From the sequence record NC_025447.1: a DNA stretch of 64,000 nucleotides. One strand, given 5' to 3'. Positions 1 through 9,544 of this stretch are shown piece by piece. The translations under genes were made by a program, and so were the position numbers. The DNA is from Escherichia phage 121Q. The notes under the pieces were generated by a model, which searched no databases, was not told where the DNA came from, and worked only from the letters and a program-made list of their open reading frames with translations. Positions within the stretch are counted from its first letter, which is position 1, and every line of letters starts with the position of its first letter.

Positions 1-45
1 TTTTGATACAATAACCACATCAAAAAATTGCATCTGAGGATACTT

Positions 46-708
46 ATGTTAGTTAATCTTAATTTCATCACTTCACCTGACTGGGCATTACGTGGGGTTT
101 CTTTAAACTTCAAGGAAACTATGTTTGATTACATTGGTGAGTGTACATTGGTAAATGCAACTTTTGACCCAAATCATCCGTTCTGGGCTGAAATTCATGA
201 TCCAACTGTAAACAACAATACATCTGTTATGACTATTGTCCAGACTAAACATGCAGGTATCCTTGCAGGTTATCGACCTGGACATGCAATTGAACACTTC
301 ACTGATTACGATGTAGTGGATGAATACCCAATGATCCATGAAGATGGAAGTCTATACACATCTGAAGACTTCCGTGCTATCTTTAATAGTACTGATGATA
401 TTCTACCAAGTGGACGTCCACGTCCTGAGTCTTATCTTATGCATCCATCTTATGGTGTAGCAGATACGCTTGAACAGATTATGAATAAGTACAAGAACCT
501 AATTGAAGGTCCAGAAGAAATTGTCCTGTGCTATCACCCAGTACTTAAGTCTGAACAACCAAAGGATGGTGGATGGCGTTGGCATAAGAATGGTGAGTAT
601 ATCGGTACTAAACGAAGTAAAGAACGTTTTGAGTACTTGTATGATGAACCAGATGTTGATGTGGTTTTGTGTTATAATTTTATTAAGGTGAAAAAGAAAT
701 GTATCTAG
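46..708 (+). CDS. hypothetical protein
   Basis: ORF open from 28 (TTG); first ATG at 46 has SD GAGGA about 6 nt upstream; no family recognised. Confidence 0.6.
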   Translation: MLVNLNFITSPDWALRGVSLNFKETMFDYIGECTLVNATFDPNHPFWAEIHDPTVNNNTSVMTIVQTKHAGILAGYRPGHAIEHFTDYDVVDEYPMIHEDGSLYTSEDFRAIFNSTDDILPSGRPRPESYLMHPSYGVADTLEQIMNKYKNLIEGPEEIVLCYHPVLKSEQPKDGGWRWHKNGEYIGTKRSKERFEYLYDEPDVDVVLCYNFIKVKKKCI

Positions 709-941
709 TACTAAGTTTTGTTGTTGCACTATTGTTTATGTTCTATCCTACACTAGTGGCATTAGCCACTAGACGAACGATGGTAGATCTCACTACTGTA
801 TTCTTGCTAAACGTGGCATTAGTACTGGTGTCTATTATCATTCCAGTGAGCTTTACAGTTATTGATATTATTTCGGTATTACTCTTCGTGTTAAGTTATC
901 TTATGCTTATTGAAGAAACAAATGTTGACAAACGTTCGTAG
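699..941 (+). CDS. small hydrophobic membrane protein
   Basis: 80-aa ORF, strongly hydrophobic with TM-like segments; start overlaps end of upstream gene. Confidence 0.5.
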   Translation: MYLVLSFVVALLFMFYPTLVALATRRTMVDLTTVFLLNVALVLVSIIIPVSFTVIDIISVLLFVLSYLMLIEETNVDKRS

Positions 942-998
942 TACTGTATAATGGTTCCTGTAGTCTGAAACTTAACACTTAAACTTGAGGTAAAAAAT

Positions 999-1325
999 AT
1001 GCTATCAGTACTAATTTCAATTCCGTCTTTAATTCTGATTTGGCTTCTGGTTTACGAATGCTTTATTACTGATGATAATGATAAAAAAGAGTTCTCTGAG
1101 TTGTTTATGCTTGATTCACCGATTGTGCGTATTTTCTATACAGTCGTTGTGGTTTCAGTAATTGTATGGGTTTTGAGTTTTATCTTCCCACTCGGTGCAG
1201 TAGTTAAAACTTTGGATTTAGTTGAGAACTTTGTTGCAATTATGTGGCTAATCAAAGCACTATTTGCAGGAAATGTTAAAATTTGGATTGATATTATCAA
1301 ATTCAAGTTCACGAATAAGATGTAA
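999..1325 (+). CDS. membrane protein
   Basis: SD GAGGT before ATG; hydrophobic TM-like segments. Confidence 0.6.
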   Translation: MLSVLISIPSLILIWLLVYECFITDDNDKKEFSELFMLDSPIVRIFYTVVVVSVIVWVLSFIFPLGAVVKTLDLVENFVAIMWLIKALFAGNVKIWIDIIKFKFTNKM

Positions 1326-1403
1326 CAGTGAAAATATCTCTATAGTATTAAATACTTCTGTACATATATATAGTACAGAAGTATTTCTCGTTAGAGGTTT
1401 GTT

Positions 1404-1763
1404 ATGAAGAGTTATATAAAATTAATAGCACTTGTGTGTGCATTATTTTCATGTTTTAGTTATGGTGCAGCAGCAGAAACATATTGTCGTAGTACTAAGG
1501 GAACGTGGCATGTATTGACTAACGACCCTAGAAATGGTAAAAATATAGTTGTTGATGGTGTGATTTATCGTTTTAAAGTAGAAAGTATTATCGGTAATAA
1601 AAAAATCTCGACTTATAGAGATGATTCTGGTACATTAGCAAACGTAATATTAATTGTAGACCCAAGAACTGGTAATGGTGATATCTATATAGTAATTTAC
1701 TTGGACTCATCGGTACGCCGTGACCTAGATATAGATAAATTGAACTTACACTGTGAAATATAG
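1404..1763 (+). CDS. secreted small protein, Cys-pair family
   Basis: SD AGAGG; N-terminal signal peptide; one Cys just after the signal and one Cys 3 aa from the C-terminus. Confidence 0.65.
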   Translation: MKSYIKLIALVCALFSCFSYGAAAETYCRSTKGTWHVLTNDPRNGKNIVVDGVIYRFKVESIIGNKKISTYRDDSGTLANVILIVDPRTGNGDIYIVIYLDSSVRRDLDIDKLNLHCEI

Positions 1764-1774
1764 GACTTAAAAAA

Positions 1775-2152
1775 ATGGTAAACACTATTTTACTTTTGTT
1801 GTTGAATATTCCAATTATTCTGTCTTTTTTAATTTCTATTTTTATGGCAGGATATTGTTTAGTTGCAGTAATTCATTTCATTTTAACAAACAAATATGTC
1901 CTAATTTCTAAGCTTGATTCTATTTTTGCTTGCGATTCGATTGCTTATAACTTGTGGTTAATTTGTTCTTGCATTATGGGAGTAACTTTCCTTCTGCATG
2001 TATTTGATGTCCTTGACCAAAAGTTCGTATACATCAGTACTGGATTGGCTCTTTATCCTGCTACGTGGTACTTGATTTACGTTGGTGATATATGGTATAG
2101 TACTTATAAAGAATATCAGTACAAGAAATCACTTAACGTTGGAGGAAAATAA
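1775..2152 (+). CDS. membrane protein
   Basis: 125-aa hydrophobic ORF in same-strand gene block; weak SD. Confidence 0.5.
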   Translation: MVNTILLLLLNIPIILSFLISIFMAGYCLVAVIHFILTNKYVLISKLDSIFACDSIAYNLWLICSCIMGVTFLLHVFDVLDQKFVYISTGLALYPATWYLIYVGDIWYSTYKEYQYKKSLNVGGK

Positions 2153-2154
2153 TC

Positions 2155-2505
2155 ATGAAAATTATTTTATTTTTTGTATGTATGTTAATGTGTGGATTGT
2201 CATATGCTGAACCATTGGAAGGTTTAGTTTGTACAGATGGTAATATTAAACATATCTATCAAGGTGATAGTGACGATAGAGATATTGTATATATTGATGG
2301 ACAATCATATACGTTTGTTAAAGAGCATACAGTAGGCGACATTAGCTTCACTGAGTTTTCTAACGACACAGACCCTAACTTCTTAGCGTTTATTGAAGTA
2401 GATGTATATGAAGATAGTAATGGTACACAATATGCTAAATTAGTTATGATGCGTCGTGGTGCTAAAGAAACTAGTTTTGGTGGCTTGTGTAAATATAAGG
2501 ATTGA
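2155..2505 (+). CDS. secreted small protein, Cys-pair family
   Basis: SD GGAGGA; signal peptide; Cys after signal and Cys 4 aa from end. Confidence 0.65.
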   Translation: MKIILFFVCMLMCGLSYAEPLEGLVCTDGNIKHIYQGDSDDRDIVYIDGQSYTFVKEHTVGDISFTEFSNDTDPNFLAFIEVDVYEDSNGTQYAKLVMMRRGAKETSFGGLCKYKD

Positions 2506-2509
2506 TATT

Positions 2510-2701
2510 ATGTTGATTTATCAAGGTGATAATATTCGTGTTATGCAGCATCCCTACTTACAAATCTTTGATGTGCAGCAGTATATGGAAGGTGATGACC
2601 CAAGAACCTATGGTCGTAAGTATGATTACTTCACTGTAAAGCAGTGTAAAAATATTAACGAAGTACGACAATTAGTTCAAGAACTTCAAAACAAAGGTTG
2701 A
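2510..2701 (+). CDS. hypothetical small protein
   Basis: ATG at 2510 with SD AAGGA 8 nt upstream (track ORF starts 2456 inside upstream gene); stop lies inside terminator stem. Confidence 0.5.
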   Translation: MLIYQGDNIRVMQHPYLQIFDVQQYMEGDDPRTYGRKYDYFTVKQCKNINEVRQLVQELQNKG

Positions 2702-2720
2702 CTTCGGTCAGCCTTTTTTG
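2696..2720 (+). terminator. intrinsic terminator, GGTTGAC-UUCG-GTCAGCC hairpin plus T-run
   Basis: 7-bp GC-rich stem with UUCG tetraloop followed by TTTTTT. Confidence 0.75.
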
Positions 2721-2755
2721 TTATAATTCTCTTAATAAATTAGAGGATTTTAATT

Positions 2756-3196
2756 ATGTATGTATATCGTTTTGAACTTAAATTTAGTTACATTGAACCT
2801 AACTTAGATCCTGCACGAACTGTAGGTCCGTTTGCACGGTATTCAACCAGATACAGTACTAAAAATGGATTTGACCGTTTGCTCATGACTACACCTTCTC
2901 AATTCCAACCTGAACCAACTGAGGATGGGATCTATTCAATCAAAAGTGGATGGGTATTTGGCTGTCAAAGTTTGAAAGATTTGTTCAGATTCTTCACTAT
3001 GGACTTAGGTAAATTGCATCGTGCTGGGTTTGCTATATCTGTATATGAAGTTCCAGACCACCATGTAGACATTGGTCGTAATCAGGTTCAGTACTATTGC
3101 GGTAGTGCTAAATTAGTTCGTATCATGTCAGTTAAGGAAGCAAAGGATGAGTTCCGACAAAGTAAAAGAGAAACACATGAGGTAATATATGGATAA
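2756..3196 (+). CDS. hypothetical protein
   Basis: 146-aa ORF, SD AGAGGA upstream. Confidence 0.6.
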   Translation: MYVYRFELKFSYIEPNLDPARTVGPFARYSTRYSTKNGFDRLLMTTPSQFQPEPTEDGIYSIKSGWVFGCQSLKDLFRFFTMDLGKLHRAGFAISVYEVPDHHVDIGRNQVQYYCGSAKLVRIMSVKEAKDEFRQSKRETHEVIYG

Positions 3197-3533
3197 AACT
3201 CAAATAGAATTAAAGAAATTTGTTTCATTCTATCTTCCTGATGACCCACGTAATTCACAAAAAGATATTGAATATTATAATATCCTATCTAAACAGTTAA
3301 TGAGAAAGTTTCAACAGTGTTTAACTATATTCAATACAGATGGAAGACGTAGATACCGAATCGTTTCAATGAATGATGAAAACGCAAATTTCTTTGATTA
3401 CGATGTGGTTTTTAGAGCATATAATGATGATCGTATAAAATTAAATTATGATCAAATTATACTTGACCTGAATGTTATATGTGTTATAATCACTCACGTA
3501 GCCGAACTTAATGGTTTTAAAGAATGGTATTGA
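3189..3533 (+). CDS. hypothetical protein
   Basis: 114-aa ORF, SD GAGGT, start overlaps upstream stop. Confidence 0.6.
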   Translation: MDKTQIELKKFVSFYLPDDPRNSQKDIEYYNILSKQLMRKFQQCLTIFNTDGRRRYRIVSMNDENANFFDYDVVFRAYNDDRIKLNYDQIILDLNVICVIITHVAELNGFKEWY

Positions 3534-3547
3534 ATAAAGGATAACAT

Positions 3548-3814
3548 ATGAAGCTTAAATTACAATATAATGGATTTACTTTACGTAATGATACTGAATT
3601 TATTAATCGTTCTCCTGGTGCTGAACTGTTTTTACGAGAGATGAACATTCCTTTCATCATTACTACAGTGGGCGACCGTGAAGTTCTACAATACGCAGAG
3701 CATCCGATCATTGATGTTCCTTGGTACTCTGAGCATATGTACATGGATATGGCACGTCGCTACAACTGTAAGTTCGTAGTTGAAGGTGATAAAATTACAG
3801 TCGAATTTAAATAA
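3548..3814 (+). CDS. hypothetical protein
   Basis: 88-aa ORF, SD AAGGA. Confidence 0.6.
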   Translation: MKLKLQYNGFTLRNDTEFINRSPGAELFLREMNIPFIITTVGDREVLQYAEHPIIDVPWYSEHMYMDMARRYNCKFVVEGDKITVEFK

Positions 3815-3825
3815 GGTAAATTAAA

Positions 3826-4119
3826 ATGATCAGTACTTCAGTTAATGAAAGCATCGTCGCTGACGTAGAAATGGTTAAAGAATGTGCAGATGAAACTCTT
3901 CGTGATATGTACATTAATGATTTAATTACTGAATACGGTAGTCGTGGTGTACACGAATTTATTCGTTTAAGTGGAGAGTTGATGAAAAATCGAATTCGTA
4001 TGAAGCTTAACGTACATCCAAAAGCATGGGCATTTACATTAAAATACGCAGAAGATATTGTGAATTTGCGTCGAACTGAAGTATATGAACGTTTACACAA
4101 TGGTATGTTAGATAAATGA
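3826..4119 (+). CDS. hypothetical protein
   Basis: 97-aa ORF, SD AAGGT. Confidence 0.6.
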   Translation: MISTSVNESIVADVEMVKECADETLRDMYINDLITEYGSRGVHEFIRLSGELMKNRIRMKLNVHPKAWAFTLKYAEDIVNLRRTEVYERLHNGMLDK

Positions 4120-4128
4120 TTGTAAAAT

Positions 4129-4156
4129 AGGAATTCTTAAATGAATTCCTTTTTGT
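4129..4156 (+). terminator. intrinsic terminator
   Basis: AGGAATTC-n6-GAATTCCT hairpin followed by TTTTT. Confidence 0.7.
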
Positions 4157-4171
4157 TTATAAGGTATAGTA

Positions 4172-4393
4172 ATGAAATATATAGTACTTGTACTGATATT
4201 ATTCAGTACTGTTGTAAGTGCTAAACAAAAAGAATATGTTAAATGTATAAATTACGAAGAGAAATATGTTGAAACATATAAAAAAAGTATAATTAAAAAC
4301 GTTTCTATTACTGACCGAGGAACAATCATTGTACTTAAAAATGGGTTAATTATGTTATATAAACCACACGTTAAATGTGAAATTATTAATTGA
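4172..4393 (+). CDS. secreted small protein, Cys-pair family
   Basis: signal peptide; Cys shortly after signal and Cys 5 aa from end. Confidence 0.6.
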   Translation: MKYIVLVLILFSTVVSAKQKEYVKCINYEEKYVETYKKSIIKNVSITDRGTIIVLKNGLIMLYKPHVKCEIIN

Positions 4394-4400
4394 GGAAATT

Positions 4401-4973
4401 ATGAATCGTAAAGGTCGTTTTAAAGTATCAAAAAAGAACAAAAGTTCTAGGTTTAAACCTATTGTTTTAACAGTTAAATCTAACAAAGATTTAACTGCAC
4501 TTAGTAAAAAGATAATTTCATCTAAGATTGAAGTATCATACGTAAATTCATTAAAATATATGAATGTCAAACCACTGGACCAACTCATTTCACTTATATT
4601 TGAACGTAATGATTTTGAGATATCAGTAGATGATTATAGAGCCTATAATGCTGGTTTCATTAATGTTACTTGTAATAAAAAACTAACTGAGTTGGAAAAT
4701 TTGTCATGTATAATAAATCTAGATAAAGGTGTTGTGAAGTACCATTTTGTACATTTCACTAATATCAATAATGGAATGGGTGTACAATCCAGACCTATAG
4801 TGCCTACGTGTGATGTTACTAAATTAGCAAAGCTCAATGATGAAGAATATTTTCAAGAAAGCATTGTAACTGAGCATTTAGATGATATAATAGCTACTTA
4901 CAAAGAATGCATATGGGTGTTGAATGCTATAAAACCTAAATTGTGTTTAATGAATATTGTTCGTGATTTATGA
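4401..4973 (+). CDS. hypothetical protein
   Basis: ATG at 4401 with SD GAGGA (track start 4377 is GTG inside upstream gene). Confidence 0.6.
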   Translation: MNRKGRFKVSKKNKSSRFKPIVLTVKSNKDLTALSKKIISSKIEVSYVNSLKYMNVKPLDQLISLIFERNDFEISVDDYRAYNAGFINVTCNKKLTELENLSCIINLDKGVVKYHFVHFTNINNGMGVQSRPIVPTCDVTKLAKLNDEEYFQESIVTEHLDDIIATYKECIWVLNAIKPKLCLMNIVRDL

Positions 4974-4986
4974 ATGGGGAATCGTA

Positions 4987-5430
4987 ATGAGTTGGGTAAA
5001 TGTTAATAGTATTGAACTTAACGAACAAGATATTTTTGCATTTGTAAATTTAACTAATAACACAGTACTAAAAGGGCGTTTGTTCAGTGCTAGTGATGGG
5101 TACAAATGGATCTCTTTGATGGATGATAGTGGTGTGATTTATAATGTAATGCAATTACCCCAATGGGTATATAGTAACACTGCTGACGATGTTCTTACCG
5201 CAGTTATGCGTGAGTTTGAAAAACTCCCAGGTGGTGATATCAAAAACAAAGTTTTTAATGCAGAACGTAAAAATTATACAGCACAGCAATTGGAATCCCT
5301 TGCCATTGCTGCTTATCAAGCTGCTATTAAGAAGCCAGAGTGCGTTATTCTTAAGTATGTACCAGACTTAAAACTTACGTTGGAAGACATGGATGCATTC
5401 ATTTTTACATCTGAACTTGAACAGTACTAA
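4987..5430 (+). CDS. hypothetical protein
   Basis: ATG at 4987 with SD GGGGA; track start 4957 is TTG. Confidence 0.55.
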   Translation: MSWVNVNSIELNEQDIFAFVNLTNNTVLKGRLFSASDGYKWISLMDDSGVIYNVMQLPQWVYSNTADDVLTAVMREFEKLPGGDIKNKVFNAERKNYTAQQLESLAIAAYQAAIKKPECVILKYVPDLKLTLEDMDAFIFTSELEQY

Positions 5431-5502
5431 TTTAACTTTGGGACAACCATTCTTATTATGATATAATGTTTTATGTCATTCGATATAAATGACAACGGAA
5501 CT

Positions 5503-5510
5503 ATAAATAT
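5503..5510 (+). promoter_or_regulatory. T4-type late promoter box TATAAATA
   Basis: exact TATAAATA about 35 nt upstream of the 5546 start codon. Confidence 0.55.
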
Positions 5511-5545
5511 TATAGTAAAATTTATCTCTTATAGGAGTTATAAAA

Positions 5546-5929
5546 ATGGTTGATAAATGGAATAAGAAAGATCCATCACATGATGTTGATATTTCTGGTC
5601 TAGACAATGCACATAAGCACAAGTATCTAGATTCACTAGGTCTTCTAAAACCAGACCAAAGTCTTGCACATGATCGTCCATCCCGTGAAAAAGCATTTAG
5701 CCTAGAATCACTAGGTCATGAGCTTAATCGTGTGTTTGAGGATCACCCAATCTATGTACGTGATATTATCGAGAAACTTAAAGTAACTCCTAAAGAGCAC
5801 TTTAAAGCAACTGTACACTCTGCATTCCGTGCATTACATGAATCTCTAAAGAAAACTCACAATCTTCGTAAAATTCATGATGAAATCGTGAATGCAATCG
5901 AAAGTGAAAAACATAAGTTCAAGAAGTAA
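5546..5929 (+). CDS. hypothetical late protein, charged (possible virion internal protein)
   Basis: SD AGGAG; late-promoter box upstream; Lys/His-rich; shares KYLDSLGLL motif with next large gene. Confidence 0.65.
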   Translation: MVDKWNKKDPSHDVDISGLDNAHKHKYLDSLGLLKPDQSLAHDRPSREKAFSLESLGHELNRVFEDHPIYVRDIIEKLKVTPKEHFKATVHSAFRALHESLKKTHNLRKIHDEIVNAIESEKHKFKK

Positions 5930-5935
5930 TAAAAA

Positions 5936-5962
5936 GGGTTGACTAAGGTCAGCCCTTTGTTG
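5936..5962 (+). terminator. intrinsic terminator (GGGTTGAC-n4-GTCAGCCC)
   Basis: hairpin followed by CTTTGTTG. Confidence 0.6.
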
Positions 5963-5997
5963 TATCATAACTTCTCAATATAACTGAGGTATCATAT

Positions 5998-6111
5998 ATG
6001 CAAGGTTTAAAATTTGTAGTTGCTGCACTCATCGCCGCAGTACTGGTTGGTGGTGTATTCTATGTAGTGGATCAAAAAGTAAATCCACCTGCACAAGAAC
6101 AATCTAAGTAA
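5998..6111 (+). CDS. small single-TM peptide (37 aa)
   Basis: not in ORF track (under 60 aa); SD TGAGGT 7 nt upstream of ATG; hydrophobic core; bracketed by two terminators. Confidence 0.45.
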   Translation: MQGLKFVVAALIAAVLVGGVFYVVDQKVNPPAQEQSK

Positions 6112-6119
6112 CAAAATAA

Positions 6120-6145
6120 GGTTGACTTCGGTCAGCCTTTTCTTT
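6120..6145 (+). terminator. intrinsic terminator, UUCG-loop hairpin
   Basis: GGTTGACTTCGGTCAGCC followed by TTTTCTTT. Confidence 0.7.
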
Positions 6146-6149
6146 ATAC

Positions 6150-6157
6150 TATAAATA
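6150..6157 (+). promoter_or_regulatory. T4-type late promoter box TATAAATA
   Basis: exact TATAAATA about 18 nt upstream of ATG 6175. Confidence 0.55.
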
Positions 6158-6174
6158 TAGACATAGAGAAAAAA

Positions 6175-7686
6175 ATGAAATCTATGGAGAGAAATCAAAT
6201 GCCAAGTAATTTTACTGATAAAAATGGTGGTAACATGGCTGGTCACTCTGATAAATGGAGTGAACGCAACCGCCGTCCAAATAGTTATCAAGCAGGTCAA
6301 GGTTCACGTGGGTCACGTAACCAAGGAACTGGTCTAGCTGGTAAAGCAAACGCAGAAGCAGGTGAAGTTAAGAGTACTGAGAACATGACTGAGCTAGAAA
6401 AGCTACGTTATGTTAACTCATTAGGTCTTCTTAACGCAACACAAAAACAACGCCTTGCTGATATGGAACGTGCTGAGAAAGAACAAGCAGTTCCTAAAGA
6501 AGAACCAAAAGCAGAAGTACCTAAAGCTGCTAACCCTGTTAAAGAGTTATCAGATAACTTAGGTAAGATCTTTGCTAACAAACCACAGTTGATTCAGGGT
6601 ATTGTCAAAGCACTACAGGCAGTTCCTAAAGAAGAACTCAAAGGTAAAGCACAAGCTGTACTTGATGTAATGAAAGGTAATAAGAGCACTGAACCAACTG
6701 AAGTATTCAGTACTATCATGCGTGCACTTGAAGGTACACACAAAGAAGATTCCAAAGAACCTGAACAGGGTGAAGCAAGTCTTGATGGTATTCTTAAAAC
6801 TTTTGATAATATTGGTAAAGCAGACCGTGCTAATGCCCAGCAAGTCAAGAATGTACTGGCTAAACTTGAAAACCGTTTAGAAGGTAAAGACGATAAGGTT
6901 AAGCTCGTATCAGATGCAGTTAACAGTGCACTTAAATCTTATGTACAAGGTGAGAAAAGTCGCTTCGTAACAGCTATGGATGCTGCATTCAACACTATGA
7001 AAAAGTATGAAGCAGAACATGGTGAGAAGGTAACACCAGATGGTTATCTAAAGCGTGCAGATGAAGAGGGTGCAGTTGAACAGAAAGATGTTGAGCCTGA
7101 GCAAGAAGAAATACCTGATACCGTTGATATGGATGGATACATTCATCGTCCTGAGATGGAAGAGTTTGGGTCAGATAAAGAAGGTTTTGAACATGCAATG
7201 GCAGTATATAAAGCATTAGTTAAAAATCCAGATTATGCTAACCGTTTTGTTGACGAGTTTGATAGTGCATGGAATAACTACAAAGAGAAAGGTTATGACT
7301 TCCCTGCTGAAGCTGCATTCTTTGAACTTGGTAAACTATTAGCTAAACATGGAATTGACGTTGGTTCATCTGATTCCGAAGGTATGGAAGAAGAACATCT
7401 TGAAATGACCGATAAATCAATTCATGAACTTCAAAAGCTAATGATGTGGATATCCGAGATTGGCAAAAAAGCAGGTGCTGATCGTAAAAGTATCAACAAA
7501 AACATTAGTTGGATTAAAGATAATGTTGGTAACAATGCTCGTAAACTTCAAAAGGCGTGGGCTGATTTAGTAAATGGTGCAGATGATGTTGACATTGAAT
7601 CACCAGAAGCATATGAGTATGCACTAACTACACTTGATAACTCATTCAAAGAGTACGACAGTGGTGTTGGAAAGGATAAAAAATAA
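6175..7686 (+). CDS. large charged hypothetical late protein (503 aa)
   Basis: long ORF behind late-promoter box; Glu/Lys-rich; N-terminal RYVNSLGLL motif shared with 5546 gene. Confidence 0.7.
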   Translation: MKSMERNQMPSNFTDKNGGNMAGHSDKWSERNRRPNSYQAGQGSRGSRNQGTGLAGKANAEAGEVKSTENMTELEKLRYVNSLGLLNATQKQRLADMERAEKEQAVPKEEPKAEVPKAANPVKELSDNLGKIFANKPQLIQGIVKALQAVPKEELKGKAQAVLDVMKGNKSTEPTEVFSTIMRALEGTHKEDSKEPEQGEASLDGILKTFDNIGKADRANAQQVKNVLAKLENRLEGKDDKVKLVSDAVNSALKSYVQGEKSRFVTAMDAAFNTMKKYEAEHGEKVTPDGYLKRADEEGAVEQKDVEPEQEEIPDTVDMDGYIHRPEMEEFGSDKEGFEHAMAVYKALVKNPDYANRFVDEFDSAWNNYKEKGYDFPAEAAFFELGKLLAKHGIDVGSSDSEGMEEEHLEMTDKSIHELQKLMMWISEIGKKAGADRKSINKNISWIKDNVGNNARKLQKAWADLVNGADDVDIESPEAYEYALTTLDNSFKEYDSGVGKDKK

Positions 7687-7697
7687 ACATTTAAAAG

Positions 7698-7722
7698 GTT
7701 GACTTCGGTCAACCTTTTTTTG
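7698..7722 (+). terminator. intrinsic terminator, UUCG-loop hairpin
   Basis: GGTTGAC-TTCG-GTCAACC perfect stem then TTTTTTT. Confidence 0.8.
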
Positions 7723-7757
7723 TAAATATAAAAGAGGAATTAAGAAGAGGGATTACA

Positions 7758-8009
7758 ATGAAAAAATATATTATATTTGGAATTGTATTATTTTCCAGTA
7801 CTAGTTATGGTGCAGATTATCATTGCTCCGTAGCAAGACAGGATTTCAGAAATGGGGATTTCTATACCACTTCATACACAAAAGGAATAATACACGACAT
7901 CGACACAACTATTGGATTTAATGCATTTGATAACAAAGATTCATATACTTCAGGTATACTATCTGAGCGTAAGACTGATGTAATGGGAATAGAAAAAGAG
8001 TTCCGGTGA
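7758..8009 (+). CDS. secreted small protein
   Basis: SD AGAGGG; signal peptide; Cys just after signal. Confidence 0.55.
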   Translation: MKKYIIFGIVLFSSTSYGADYHCSVARQDFRNGDFYTTSYTKGIIHDIDTTIGFNAFDNKDSYTSGILSERKTDVMGIEKEFR

Positions 8010-8019
8010 TTCAGTAGCA

Positions 8020-8343
8020 ATGTGCAATGACATTGAAAGTACTAAAACAATTTATTATAATAATGAACGTAATTATCGTTTTCATAATTTAACCACAAAT
8101 AAAAGTTTACTATTTTACAATTGTAAAGAAGTAAAACTCCCACCCGACAATAGCTGTAACCCGACGAACCCATCACCAGCACAATGTAATACTCAATCTG
8201 AACCTGATAACAATAAAAAAGACAAAGATAAAGATAAAAAAGAAGACAAAAAACCTTTAAAAGATAAAAAGAAAGATAAAAAACCTAATCCGTTTAAAAA
8301 TAATAAACCAGCACAACCCGATATGACGTGTAAAATAAAATAA
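8020..8343 (+). CDS. low-complexity Lys/Asp-rich protein (possibly continuation of 7758 gene)
   Basis: weak SD; KDKDKK repeats; C-terminal Cys 4 aa from end as in the Cys-pair family. Confidence 0.4.
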   Translation: MCNDIESTKTIYYNNERNYRFHNLTTNKSLLFYNCKEVKLPPDNSCNPTNPSPAQCNTQSEPDNNKKDKDKDKKEDKKPLKDKKKDKKPNPFKNNKPAQPDMTCKIK

Positions 8344-8352
8344 GGATATATA

Positions 8353-8772
8353 ATGAAAAAGATTTTTTTAAGTATTATTTTAGTACTTTTTAGTTTTAAT
8401 GTATATGCAGCAGATGCTAAACAGGTTGCAAATACAGTAAAAGATGTTATAGTAGATAATGCTCCTACATTAGAGGAAATTGGGGTAAAAACTTGTGATA
8501 TTGTAATATATAATTTAGTTAATGATGAACGAGTTATGTTGAATACGTATGAACAAGTAGTCCCATTGGTTGAATCTGGTGATGCTTTTAGCTTTACATA
8601 TAAAGTTAAATTAACAGGAGGGGTTGAAGTTAATCTTGACATTGATACCGCTTCAGTACTAAAAGATAAACTAGGATATGTGTTCAATCGTATTCGTGAA
8701 GAAGGTCATCTTAAGTATGTTTATGAAAGTAAAATACTAAAACGTGCAATAGTTATAGAAAACTGTAAATGA
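8353..8772 (+). CDS. secreted small protein, Cys-pair family
   Basis: SD AAGGA; signal peptide; Cys near C-terminus. Confidence 0.65.
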   Translation: MKKIFLSIILVLFSFNVYAADAKQVANTVKDVIVDNAPTLEEIGVKTCDIVIYNLVNDERVMLNTYEQVVPLVESGDAFSFTYKVKLTGGVEVNLDIDTASVLKDKLGYVFNRIREEGHLKYVYESKILKRAIVIENCK

Positions 8773-8780
8773 TAATAAAA

Positions 8781-8806
8781 GGGTTGACTTCGGTCAGCCT
8801 TTTTTG
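8781..8806 (+). terminator. intrinsic terminator, UUCG-loop hairpin
   Basis: GGGTTGACTTCGGTCAGCC then TTTTTTG. Confidence 0.8.
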
Positions 8807-8841
8807 TTATGATGTTGATATTAACTACAGAGGATAAAGTA

Positions 8842-9483
8842 ATGACTAAGCAAGAAATATTCAAAACTTTAATTGACATTTTGCGTCCATCAAAAACTCG
8901 TTGTGCGATGGAGTTTGATATTCCTTATGCTGAACGCGTAATCTTTCCACAAGTTAAAGCTGCTGGACTTACTTTGCTTGGAATGGGGATGTACTCTGTA
9001 GTAGTTGAACATAAAAACTATCCTGGGCGTGCATTTAAAGTAACCACTTCACGCTGGGATGGTTTTCGTGCTTATGCAAAGTACTGCATTGAAAACGCAG
9101 GAACCAAGTTTCTTCCAGTGATCTACAGTGCCAACGAACAAGGAAACTTTGGATGGTATGAGATGGACAAGTACTATCCTATAATTAAACAAAAAAATAA
9201 TTATGATGACTTTGTTAGTACTAAAATTGGAGATTTATATTCTTATGCACATGCTGGTCAGTACGCTACTTCAGTGAATGATATGCGTGGTAATTCTGAA
9301 GAGATTGCTATTGCAACGGTCGCTGCTAACATCATGAAAGAGTTTCACGGGCGTTTTGTACCAGACATTCATTCAAGTAATGTAATGATGGATAAAGATG
9401 GGAATGTATTCATTACTGATCCTCTTTCGTGTGATGTGCGTAGAGAAATACCAATTACTGAAGAAGATCCAGTTTTTTATTGA
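8842..9483 (+). CDS. protein kinase-like protein
   Basis: ATG 8842 with SD AGAGGA (track start 8809 lies in terminator); Gly-rich loop GMGMYSVV, AFKV lysine, D-x4-N and ITDP motifs near C-terminus. Confidence 0.55.
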   Translation: MTKQEIFKTLIDILRPSKTRCAMEFDIPYAERVIFPQVKAAGLTLLGMGMYSVVVEHKNYPGRAFKVTTSRWDGFRAYAKYCIENAGTKFLPVIYSANEQGNFGWYEMDKYYPIIKQKNNYDDFVSTKIGDLYSYAHAGQYATSVNDMRGNSEEIAIATVAANIMKEFHGRFVPDIHSSNVMMDKDGNVFITDPLSCDVRREIPITEEDPVFY

Positions 9484-9544
9484 CAGAACTGATGTTCTGG
9501 TGTATTCTTAATAAACCATAAAAATTGCGGTAAAGGATAAAATC

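Noticed and set aside
103-339. Minus-strand ORFs inside plus-strand gene blocks (103-339, 499-729, 6007-6300, 6594-6848, 8193-8687, 10789-11136 and similar)
   Set aside because: They lie antisense to longer ORFs that have SD sites, lack SD motifs of their own, and sit in a strictly plus-strand transcription block bounded by plus-strand terminators
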